Below, piece after piece: positions 1-11,641 of a stretch of DNA of 64,000 nucleotides. How positions within the stretch are numbered: position 1 is the stretch's first letter; every line of letters starts with the position of its first letter. The stretch is from Paraphysomonas bandaiensis. Its lineage: Eukaryota > Protista > Chrysophyceae. The notes under the pieces are model-generated. The model was not told the origin of the DNA and ran no database searches. It was given only the letters and a program-made list of their open reading frames with translations. The stretch covers positions 106,223 through 170,222 of the forward strand of contig CBFFRP010000253.1 in NCBI GenBank assembly GCA_965644295.1. Direction: 5' to 3'. The position numbers were made by a program, and so were the translations under genes.

Positions 1-3000
1 ATTACTGAACCGAGACAGTACTCCCACTGCATAGGCAATATCCGGCCTCGTGTTCATCGATAGATATAGTAATGCACCTATCAGCGGCCGATATGGGAAG
101 TTATCTACTATAAGCTGTTCCTCCTCGGTATGCTCATGCCGCGCCCCTTTTGCCACTAAATCCATTGCTTCCGCCGGTAGAGGACTCTTCCGTACCTTTC
201 GCGGTGGCCCAAGATACTTTTCAAACTTTTCTAAGATCTTAGCCGCATATACTGATTGGTCAAGACGAATATACTCTGGCGTTCTTGTGACTCGAACATT
301 CAGAAAATGTTCCATCTCGCCCATATCCTTCATATCAAACCGGGCACACAGTTGAGCTTTAATATCCTTCACTATGTTGACATCACGACCTAACACTAGG
401 ATATCATCCACATATATCGTTAATAATATCAATTCATCGCCCTTATACTGATAATACAAACACGGGTCTAATACACATGGTTTAAAATGCATAGATCGTA
501 TGAATTTATCCAATGTTTTCCACCACGACCGCGGGGAACTCCGAAGCCCGTATAACGACTTCTTCAACTTAAAGCAGTACCCCTCAGGCAGCTGAAAGTC
601 CGGAGTTGCCTTCATATATACATCCCCCTCTATATCTGCATATAGAAATGCGTTAGACACATCCAGTTGATGAATTACCATGTTCATCACGAAAGCTATG
701 GCGATTAACAGTCGCACTGTTACCCCCTTAACAACGGGTGCGAAATGGTTCGCCCAACCACTCGACTGCTGTCCACAACCGATTGCTACAAGACGAGCCT
801 TATATCGGCGGACCTCTCCCTCCTTATCGTACTTCTTTCCATAGACGTACTTGGAGTGCAGTGGGACGACTCCGTCCGGTATACGAGTCACCTCCATGGT
901 ATCTCGCTTCGCCAAACCCTCTCGCTCTACACGGCGAGCTCGTCTCCACTCCCTGTGCTCGGCACTCTCCAAGGACTCACGATGTGTCTGAGGCACTGTC
1001 GACTCTTCCGCTGACATCCACACTGAGTCTGCCTCCTGTAAAAGGTCACTCACATCACTCTCATCACTCAAATGATGGATTTGTCCTAACACCGACACAT
1101 TCGTTACCGTCCTTGGAGTTCTTGCGCGTTTGCCGTGCGGATGATTCTCGGCAGGGGTCCCTTCCCCCGAAGGTAATGCTGAGTCAGCCTGGGGCTGCAC
1201 CTGCCCACTTTCCGACTGCTGTGGCACCACTCCGCTGATACCGCCGTCACGGTTGTCAGTAACTCTGGCCCTAACCACCCTCTGCGCAAGATCCTCTGTC
1301 ATCTTCTTGATGTCAGCAATATGAATAGGAGTTTTATCCTCCACTTGAACCTGGTTACCAGTAACCAACGACCGGTATCCCACAATAAGTCCCTTCCTTA
1401 TCACCACTCTGTTAGTCTTGTATAGCAGACCACCATCCTCATGGTGCTTTCCGATAAGATACTCAAACTCACCCGGTTGACGAGCCTCGGGATCTATAGC
1501 CACTTGAGCCTCCTCCAGCTCTCTATAATAATCCTGAGACCTCTCAGGTACCGATTCATCAAATAATACATGTACAGAGTGTACTACGGTGTCCCCCACT
1601 AGCACCTTGTATCCTTTTCGATCAGCTGGATACCCTATGAAATAACCTGTCATTGCTTTGTCCTCCCAGTCCTTCCTCCTGTCGGCCTTGGGTGTTAGCA
1701 CATATGCTTTGCACCCCCATTTCCGTAGCCACGATAGGCTGGGAACGCTCCCCCTGGGACACACTCATATGGAGACATCCATCCTTGCCACGTCCGAGTT
1801 GGCATTCGTCGCACAATGTAACATGCAGTTTGATAAGCATCAAACCAGAACGACTTTGGAAGTCCAGATGCCGTCAACATCGTCAGTGTCATCTCCCCAA
1901 TTGTTCGGAATTTCCTCTCAGACACCGCGTTGAGCTCTGGCGTGTCTCGTGTTGTATGTGACACCCGAGTCCCATATCGCTGCAACAGATACTCTCTTAT
2001 CTGCTGACTAATAAGTTCGGATCCTCCATCGGCATGATACTCCACTATACGGTTCCACCCCTCGTACTTCACTAAGTGGACCTCGCACAAGTGTCGTAGA
2101 CATTTGAACACCTCCTCTCCGCTTCGAGTCCTCAATCCATATTCCCATATCATCTTTGTTGCTAAGTCCGTAAATAGGAGCACGTACTTATACCCTTGTC
2201 TGGATTCACAATTGAGGTAGACTGAGATGTCCGCTGTCACTCGTTCCAGAAACCTGACTGCGCTTAGCTCTTCGTTGTCCCGTGATTTGAACGAATGCCT
2301 GGTTATCTTCGCCTTGGCACACCATTTACACAGGGGTTTCTTGCAACTCTTCTCCTTTGCCTTCGAAAGGTGATGTCGTTGTAGTCCTGATCCTCTGAAT
2401 AACATGTGTCGGTGAGCTTCTAATAACTTCGATTTCGAGACATGTCCAGTACGCTCATGTAAGCGATCCAACGCATCTTGTCCTGTATTATCCGACAAAT
2501 TTACCTCCTCCATCTGATTGCACATAGACACATTTGGCAGATTTAACACCTCCATCAAGTCCACATACGGCATTCCTCCATGCTCATCGTACTCTCCAGT
2601 CAACACCTCGTTTCCAGAGTCCAATTCCACGATTTTAGGCTTTCGAAGCAGTTGTAATCCGTATCCCATTGATCTCAGCATTCCTCCTGACACAATGTTC
2701 TTCACCGCTTCTTCACTAACTCTGATGTCTCTCCATTCCCCGAATGTACCAGTTCCCTGTGTCTCCAATTGAGAACCCTTTCTAGTTAGTTGGATTGCCC
2801 CAAACTCAGGAGTAAATGACTCCAGTGCAATTTTATCCTTTACTATAAACAGTCTTTTACTTGCACAACTGTCCAGATATACACGAGGTTCTTCCGACGT
2901 ATCCACCGATAGCAAAACCTCTTCTCCAAACATATTCGCTTCATCATCCGACGACTCTCCGTCGTTGACGTATTTCTTCCATTCTGTCTCGAATTTCCTG

Positions 3001-3968
3001 TTCGATTTTCGAGGATTCTCATTATCCGGGTTTTTTATGTTCTTCCGTTTTTTCGACTTGCACTGTCGGGCTTTATGACTAAAATCTCCACAGATATGAC
3101 AACCAGTATAATCCTTTGATCCTGGCTGCTGCACACTCTTCGAAGCCTTTTCCTTTGTCTTCCCTTTTCTTTTGAACTTATCCATTTTTCTTTGTCGTTC
3201 CTTAGCATAACAATTCGCTGCTACATGTCCCTTCTTCCGACAAAATGAACAAACCACTGGCTCCTTCGACGCCGTAAAATTGATCTCTTCAGATTTGTCT
3301 CCCTTTAGTTTCTTCAGCTGCGTCATAGCCTCGTCATACTCTTCACAAGCCTCTTTCACCGAATCAAATGTAGTTGTTGCTTTAGGCATCATCGCTACCG
3401 ACATCCATAAATCATGTAATTCCTCTATCTGCAGCGCTGCTTTTATCTTTGCTAATTTACTTGCCTCTGTCTGCGGTTGTCCCAATTTTATGAGCTTCTG
3501 GATTATACCGTTCAGTCGATCTACCCCAACAGACACCTTTTCCCCCGGCCTTATTTTGAACGAATGGTATTCTGCCGTAGTCTTCTCCAATACAGTCCCA
3601 ATCTCGCCTCTGAACCTATCAACCAGTGTCTGAAGGAGCTCACTGGATAACACCTCCTTAGCAGGATCATCAGCAGGTAAAATTGCCTTCCCCTCCAAAT
3701 ATTGATTGGCTACCTCCAACACATCAGGGTCATGCTCGCAAGCCTCCCAAATAGTACTAACACAGGTATCATTACGCTCTCTCCATGACTCTAAATTCCT
3801 TCCTCCGGCTGGCGGGTCCTCCAAGCCAAGATGGTTTCGGTTTTTCTTCATTAGATGCATCTTGATTTTTCTCGCTGAATAGTCTGCTTGGTTCTTGTCA
3901 AACCGTAGCTTCTTGTCATCTTCCCCATCCCTACAACTAGCATTCGCTACCATAACAGAAGTTGACAT
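1..3968 (-). CDS. Copia gag-pol polyprotein (partial; 1-nt deletion frameshift in the G run at 1750-1754)
   Basis: CSFCRKKGHVAANC and CHICGDFSHKARQC knuckles, YLDSCAS protease, LHERTGH...CKWC integrase zinc finger, ADGGSE and NAVSERK integrase core, YVDD RT motif. Five G where copy 2 has six. Confidence 0.93.
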
Positions 3969-3985
3969 TATTTGCTAAGGTTTAC

Positions 3986-4245
3986 TATTCTCAACTGATA
4001 AGATGAAATTATAAACATTACATGATAAAGAACCTAAGTTGTGTTCGATGTGTTCAACACCATTCATTTACTACTATAGTGTACAAACCACACACTCAGT
4101 GATCGTATCCTGTATAGTCATCCACTTCTACTTCAGTTTCATACTACATAATATAATGTACTAATTACATATATATCTTTCGATCCTTGCATCTCACATA
4201 ATACTGCACTCAATTGCAAGTATATAGAATCTTCAGATCTCAACA
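3986..4245 (-). repeat. 5' LTR of family A copy 1 (U5 boundary uncertain: 3996 if it ends in CA, 3953 if it ends at the PBS-like site)
   Basis: Matches 56508-56767 and 61516-61775. PBS-like TGGTAGCGA at 3952-3944. Confidence 0.9.
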
Positions 4246-4507
4246 TATAGTATAAAATATAAAAGGTCATTATTAATGTAACGGTTGGTTACGTAAGTAA
4301 ATATGAAGAGCTATATAGTATATGATTTATATAACTATTGCAGGAATTAAGTTATACCACATATACTCACTACTCACACTTGCATAAGTATTATCCTATT
4401 TACATCCAGTTCTAACAGAACACTAATACCAATTCCTTAAGATAAGAAACAACATTTCGAGTATGTTTTCCTATCATAACCGTAGTTATCATATCACACG
4501 CAGCATA

Positions 4508-6364
4508 CTACATGACTTCACGGTTCGTCATATACATGGACGGATACAAATCCGAAGCCCCATGCCACCCACCAATCTCAGTCCCACTATCTGTACTGCT
4601 ATACGCTCGTCTAGAAGGAAGATAGTTAGGCGGATGAAGAGCTTGTTTGAGAAGTGTATTAGCATATTGGTATGAATTTCCGCTTGCATATGTGTTGCTA
4701 TCGATCATTGAAAGAGGAGAATTGTATAATGATACGACACGATTGACGTAGAAAAAATTGTGAACGATAGTGTAGGCTCCAACCAGGAGAACAGACATAA
4801 GGTATATACAAGTTAAAACAGCCCCGGGGCCATAGGAAATAACTGCTGATGTGATTAAGTAAGGCACACAAGCCATCCCTCCAGCTCCGCCCAATCGACC
4901 CAGTACAGCTGACTGGGCATCCCTACACACACCGGTTAATTAATAATACAAGGCTCAGGAGCTCACTTACATAGTGTACCCATAGTCGTTGGCAATGGAG
5001 AGGGTAAGAGAAACTGTGGTGCTAATACCAAACCCAAGTAAACCTATTCCAATACACAGAGCTGCCGCAGAATCCATACCCCATATTGCTAGCAGCAGCG
5101 CAGACGCAAGAATAAAAAGTAAATATATCCTCAATAGGCAACTGGTAGAAGTGTTAAGTGACAGCGGCACTGACACTGCACACCCAAGAGCTCCACAGAA
5201 AAAGTACACGCCCATCGCGAGCCTCACAGGCATTTGAGGGACAGAAATAAGTACGAGGTAGGCAGGTATCCAGCAGGTCACAGTAGAAGCCAAAGACCCG
5301 TGCAGGAACAGCAAACCGGCCAGGAGATGCCTGGCGGAAGGTGGAAGTACGTGAATTGATGCACCAGTAGGAAACCTCTGAGCGCTCTTAAGTATTCTTG
5401 ACGTAGCATATGCAAGGGTACGGTTAATGGTAGGCTCATATGAAGGGTCTTCTCGGTCTCCACGACTAACAGCGCAGTACTCAGTAGCATTCAGGATACT
5501 TGGTACCACCTCTTCGGGGTGCATATCCATAGCCCGACTATTAGTGCCCCCACTGCCATTGTCTAAAGCAACTTCCAATGTGAAGAGTTCAGTTGACAGA
5601 AGAGCATCATCCATCACAACGTTATCCAGGTCACTACTATCGATGCTTTCATTGCGGTGCATTTCTAAGAGATGTCGCCGCTCTTCAAGGATAGACACTG
5701 GACTACTCTGGGGGCTATCAACGGATCTTCCGTACCCGTTAGGAATGCGATCAAATGTTATCCACCGAACATAAAGAAACTCGCCAATAAGCCCAATAAA
5801 ACAACTCATGCTTAATAAACCAATCAAGAAATATGTTCGGGTTACTCCACAACTCGTCATAGAGAGAGCAGGGAACACAGCCGCCAGCGCGAATAGGCCG
5901 GATTTGGCCTGCATCCAAGGCTGCACGCGCTGACCCCACATCTCTGCCAGAGCCAGAGTAGAAAAATTATCAACCGCACCAACTCCAAGAAATTGAATAA
6001 AGTACAGATAATTCAATATGGGAATTGAGGTGATAACAACCATAGCAAAGGCGGACCACGCAGATATACTGATAAATATACATGTCAATACAGTCTTCGA
6101 CCATTCAAACTTTTCTGCAGATATTAATTTAGCTGATATACATATTCCACAGAAGTATCCGATCCCGGCAAACGCAAATCGTGCTGCTCGTGACTCTATC
6201 GAAATGTGTGTATCATTTAACTGTAGAGAGAATGCAATGCCCAGTGCGGATACTATACTCCCACATCCTACCTGGGCACCATAGATTGATAGAGAGGCAC
6301 ATATTCTACCCAGATCATCCCATCCGATAAGACATCCGATCGCTTTAGGACCATATGAGGACAT
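4508..6364 (-). CDS. Major facilitator superfamily transporter (MFSD4/FucP-like), 2 exons, intron 4923-4970
   Basis: Two blocks of hydrophobic helices separated by a long hydrophilic loop; GVGAVDN...EMWG..VQPWMQ resembles MFSD4-type motifs. A 48-nt GTAAGT...TAG intron joins the two ORFs in frame. Confidence 0.75.
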
Positions 6365-6564
6365 GTGTTATCTATATGAAAGATGGATGGGCCCTCTACA
6401 TAGAGAACAATGCTATGAGGTAGTGTGAAGAGGGTATCGTGCTGTTAGAGATTGAGTTAAAGTGATCTGCTGCATAAAATATCCAGACTCAAAAACACAT
6501 GAGTCAGTTGAACAACTACACACCCATATACAGTACATACTACCCAACCGTCAAAATACACACG

Positions 6565-7073
6565 TACATACATACATACATACATACATACATACATACA
6601 TACATACATACATACATACATACATACATACATACATACATACATACATACATACATACGTACATACATACATACATACATACATACATACATACATACA
6701 TACATACATACATACATACATACATACATACATACATACATACATACATACATACATACATACATACATACATACATACATACATACATACATACATACA
6801 TACATACATACATACATACATACATACATACATACATACATACATACATACATACATACATACATACATACATACATACATACATACATACATACATACA
6901 TACATACATACATACATACATACATACATACATACATACATACATACATACATACATACATACATACATACGTACATACATACATACATACATACATACA
7001 TACATACATACATACATACATACATACATACATACATACATACGTACATACATACATACGTACATACATACAT
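6565..7073 (+). repeat. (TACA)n microsatellite, about 510 bp, in a divergent promoter spacer
   Basis: Directly visible; four TACG variant units. Confidence 0.99.
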
Positions 7074-7228
7074 GCATCAGTCCACGTTGAGGACATGTTC
7101 TGGAAATGGTTTCTCAGTGGACTGTTTAGGACATTTGTGGCATTGGTATCCACGAATGCTAAATGCAATCGTGTCATAATATCAGACGTAAGTATTGCTG
7201 CATTTGATTCAATTCATACATAGTAATA

Positions 7229-7626
7229 ATGGTAAGTAACCCTGTCCGATGATGGTGTGTGTCATTCTCACTGCTTGATTCTGTTAGTCTAAAGGATTCG
7301 ACCCCAACAAATCCGCTATTAGTGGCGACAGCATGGGTGCCTTCATTATGGGTAGGGTGACGGGAGACCTTCTTGAGGTCCCTGGTATCGGCCCGACTGC
7401 CGTAAATAATTTACGACTAGAAGGAATAACTACTACGTATCAGCTGTTCGGGAAGTTCCTAATGTTGAAGGGAGAAAGAATGTCCTGTGCGGAACACTGT
7501 GACGCATTTTGGAATTGGCTCAATTCAATCGGAATCAATTCACATCGCTCAGGGATTGTTCGATGTGTTGCTGAGAAATTGGATACTATGTTTCCGGGAG
7601 TGTATGATGCCAATCAATTCCGTTAA
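7229..7626 (+). CDS. Barrier-to-autointegration factor (BAF)-like small HhH DNA-binding protein; ATG-only first coding exon, intron 7232-7287
   Basis: ATG|GTAAGT...TTAG|TCT gives MSKGFDPNKS in frame with ORF 7333-7626. VPGIG...GITTTYQLFGKFLMLK...FWNWL parallels BAF LAGIG...GFDKAYVVLGQFLVLK...FREWL. Confidence 0.72.
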
Positions 7627-9120
7627 AATTGCTGTATTCTGTTAGTAAATATAGAGAATCTTGCATACAATGTATTACTCTTTGTTTACGACATAGTGCA
7701 TTGCGGACGAACTTGGAATAAAAAATTAAAATATAGAAACACATCAAAATTGTGTAGCGTGAGCTTATGACACTGTTTATGATTTAACCTACTCTACTGT
7801 ATAAAAGAGTAGTATTAGACGATACGTGTAAGTTACATGTACATAACGTTTGAGTACTTTTTCCAGATCAACACTGAAGTAAATGATATATGAAGCCTTG
7901 GACCGCTATTATTCATAACACTGTTTTCGAAAAGGCAGTCATGAAGATGCCAGGAGGATTAAAAGACTCACTTACCAAGTTCAAAACGACAACACCGCGC
8001 AACAGGCAATAAAAGCGAGCACGTCTTAACAAGCAAACTTGATACCGCACCATGAAGCACATGCATGCCACAACCAATAAGGTTGATAATTATTAGAAGC
8101 ATTATTATTAGAGTTAAGGTTGCTATGTTAGAGCTACCTTTCTTACGCATGTTTCGTCGCCTCTGGAATAAATTACAGTTGAGCAAGCTATGTTGGCAGC
8201 TAATGTAAGTGTAGTATCAATTAATAGAGACAACAAGTAATAATTGCAATCATATTTTACTACAACCTACGCCAATTTATTATTACGCAGCCCTGAGTTT
8301 AAATGTTGCTCTCCATGAATCTTGATGAGTTTTCTAATTACTTATCCAAAGTCTGAGTAAATACACATATAACGTTTAGTCACTACATTAAGTGCTTTTA
8401 CATTACGATCAAACGACAACCAACACAAGCACTACATGATTATGACTACGAATTATCTTTGTTTTCTTCTTCTGGGGACTGCTTTAGTAGCACCCCTGTT
8501 TCGCTTCTAGTCCCAAAGTGAGCTCATGTTCTTCGCAATAACACACACATACGCACCGGTAACAACAGCGGGATTTTCACAGAACTCTTCTTTCCTAGAT
8601 TCAGTTACATTTTAAGAAGTAATAGCCTCAATCAATTCAAAGTCTCGTTGCACCATGTTTAGTGCGTCTTGTAGCTGGCAACGTTGCAGTAGAGTGCACC
8701 TAAATCTCAGCAAGCTTGCAATAGAAGAGAGGCGCATCTTGCTTGCTCTAAAGTGGAGTAAAGAAGTAACAATTCCTCAAACACTTGCTGATCTTCCCAT
8801 AGCGAATCAAGCTCTCAAACAATAGTGTGGGCATAGTGAGGGCATTGTAAGGCTCACTGAACTCACTGTGAGGTTATGCGCTAGTAAGAATTCTACAATG
8901 ACACTTGAAAACCCCGAGTTTTTTAGTCTAGAAAACCTATTTCTTTAGAAAAAAAATCGCGATATATCGCGAATGGTCTGCCTCCTCCATACACAACAGC
9001 AGGTAGCTTATACAGAGTACTAGAGTACACTCGTAAGAACTAGACTCAGCTGTACTGTATATATATATATATGTATGTCTATATTAGCCAGTGTCATTAT
9101 ATCATCCTTATATACTAAAC

Positions 9121-9819
9121 ATGTCATCTCAATTACCTGAACCATATCGAAGATCTGTTTCTATTTATGGATCACATACAGAAGGCATGCCACTGCCCTT
9201 CTATCGCCAGACTCCTCTCCCTATCCCTCCTGAAGAGGTCCCTCCATATCCTGCTGCTGCATTTGAAGGATGTGGATGGAAGACTATACAAGGAGTGGCT
9301 ATAGGTATATACTATAGCCTCTGTATATATCATACTCACATACACACGTATATATAACATACACATACATATATATAATAACACCTGTATTAATATTTTT
9401 GCCTATCCCTTCATATATAAGTATGTGAGTAATTGTTGCTGTGTGCCATAGGGGCGATTGCTGGGGCGGGGTTTGGGCTTATTATGTCAGCATTAGGAGG
9501 CGACACAAGTGGTGTTCGGATATGGAAAGGTAAAGAAGTTCCGCAAGCTCCACTCAGAGAGCAGTTGCGAGCGGGAGTCAAATGGACCGGGGGTAGAATG
9601 AAAACACTAGCGGGACAGTTTGCGGTTATCTCAGCGCTCTTCGGGGGTGTCGAGTGTGTCATAGAAAAGTACAGAGCTAAGCATGATGTTTGGAATTCAG
9701 TAGCATCTGGTTGTATAGTAGGTGGGACACTTGGTGCGCCTTCTGGGCCGACTGGGGCCTGTGCTGGTTGTCTTGGCTTTGCTGGATTCTCGCTCTTGGC
9801 TGATAAATTAATGGAATAA
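9121..9819 (+). CDS. TIM22: Mitochondrial inner-membrane translocase, Tim17/22/23 family, most like Tim22; intron 9305-9451
   Basis: FEGCGWK, FAVISALFGGVECVIEKYRAKHDVWNSVASGC and GCLGFAGFS; GxxxG-rich transmembrane helices. Confidence 0.85.
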
Positions 9820-10321
9820 AATTTTATATGTCAATACATGGATTAAATGTTACATATATCACTACGATGTTGCTTCTGGATAAATATGAATACTTGGTCC
9901 AGGACAATAACATGCTAGCATGTAATTTGGTCTATATAACAAGCAGTGCGGCAAGTATAGTAGAGCCGTAACTGTCCCATTCTGTTAGCGTTTTAGAAGT
10001 GATTGTCGTGATTGTGCATTCAGTTCGACATGATAATACAGATTTGGTAATAACCAAACATAATACTCAAGTGGTTGTTATGGGCGACCTCATCAAAAAC
10101 TTAAGAATCTTAGCGTACTAAATAGTTCTTGTTAAAATCGGATAATTCAGTATAGATGTCATTGCCCAGAGCAGTTCTCAAAGTAAAGCATTAAGCATTA
10201 GTACTAGTATTACTTAAGAATATTCAATATTGAGCAACGTAAAATTGAGCAAAAAATAAATTTTCTTCAGTACAGTTCGTAAAAACTTTGAGTTTAGTTG
10301 AATAACTATATCCTTTTTTAA

Positions 10322-11125
10322 CTATAACCGTACTTTAGTAACCAAGTCTTCAACGATAGTTGTTTTCTGAAATCCCAGTCAAAACGCATTGATGCTGATG
10401 CATCTATTAGGAACAAAAAGTCCACTGGGTTCTGCCTCAACCCAACAGTTTCTTGGATGCTTGCATATACCGCTTCAGGATTGCCTGCACGGTTGATTTG
10501 CCCCCTACATTAATGGAGACTCCCTTTGCAACCTTCAGGGCGATGAGGGGCAAGATCAATCGCAGGGCAACTGCATCTCGAGCAGGCAGATACATGACCC
10601 GCTTTTAGAGCAGAGTAACTTGAGCTTGCCTCATCACAGGCTGAGACGATTTCAATGACGAAGCAGAAGTTGTAAGGCGGTGCATTGAATTTCTTGAGAT
10701 TATCGGCTGCACTCGTCAGAGTATGCTGGCTACTATTGTCACCACCATCTGTCAGAATCGCCAATACCCAAGGGCGAGAGTGGTTTGCAGTGGAAAGTTG
10801 CTGTTAGACTGAAACAGAAGTAGAATCCCAGAGATGAGTGCCATTACTCTCTCTCGTTAGTCATTCTGCAGCACAGACCGAGACCGATCATCGCCATATC
10901 CTTCGAACCCAGAGTGACAATAGGCTTGTATTGAGTGTGGAATCCAGCCACAGAGCTTCGATCAATAGCTTTCATTGTTGAGTAGAGGAATTGTGCCGTA
11001 TTTTGAATTGCCACTGCAATCCTTGAAGTCGATGACACGCCCTGAGAAGTTATTCCGGGAGATGATCTTTTTCCGGGAGGAGCAGGTGCTGGGCTGTGTT
11101 TGTCTTGTGACTCACAAGCACCCAT
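10322..11125 (-). pseudogene. Disrupted vWA-domain gene with an N-terminal MGAC acylation motif
   Basis: vWA motifs GTHLWDS, ILTDGGDNSS and VDFLFLIDASASM are present across frames. Frameshift at the (GA)n tract near 10850, in-frame TAA at 10804-10806, further frame changes downstream. Confidence 0.65.
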
Positions 11126-11440
11126 TGCTACGAGTTTAGCTTAGTTCAGCTTAGTTTATTGGGTGTTTGTTGATTCTTGTCTTTGGTGAGTGAAAATTCC
11201 TGTTCTGCACTTCCGGATTGTTCCTGTATAAACATATCTTCAATCGGCAGATTTCAGTTTACTACAATCTATCTGGTGTTTGGTGATATATATCCGAATA
11301 CAGACAGTGTCACAGTATACTCTGGAGGTACAAAATCAGGTGTTTTCACTCTAGAAAGTAAAAATATTGTTTTTTTAATATTATGATATCACTATATTTC
11401 TGTGCAGAGGCCTGCAGCAGTAACACTGCGATATACTAGA

Positions 11441-11541
11441 AGTACATACAGCAGTACATACAGCAGTACAGAAGACACACAGCAACACAGCAGTACATAC
11501 AGCAGTATATACCAGCATATAGCAGTGTCCATATACAGCAG
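11441..11541 (+). repeat. Degenerate 12-bp minisatellite (AGTACATACAGC) in a divergent promoter spacer
   Basis: Directly visible; contains TACAGCAG four times. Confidence 0.85.
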
Positions 11542-11641
11542 CACATGCATCTACGTATCTCACTCATACCATACACAATCACTTCACTTAACTAACCCAC
11601 TCAACCAACCAACCAACCAAACCAAACACACATACATACAA

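Larger units (their letters stand above)
1..4245 (-). mobile_element. Ty1/copia LTR retrotransposon, family A, copy 1 (3' part runs off the left edge of the window)
   Basis: Reverse complement is near-identical to 56508-60759. LTR starts TGTTGAGA at 4245. Domain order gag (two CCHC knuckles), protease, integrase, RT is the copia order. Confidence 0.97.

Noticed and set aside
738-3633. Antisense ORFs conserved between the two copia copies
   Set aside because: Conservation is trivial because the copies are near-identical; no independent coding signal.
7900-8900. Possible decayed gene or transposase in the BAF-TIM22 spacer
   Set aside because: No recognisable motif or sustained reading frame.
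8940-8975. Helitron 3' end at the palindrome
   Set aside because: No CTRR followed by T at the expected position and no identifiable 5' end.
10804-10806. In-frame TAA suggesting stop-codon reassignment
   Set aside because: TAA terminates intact genes here (7626, 9819, 33157), and the same gene also has frameshifts.
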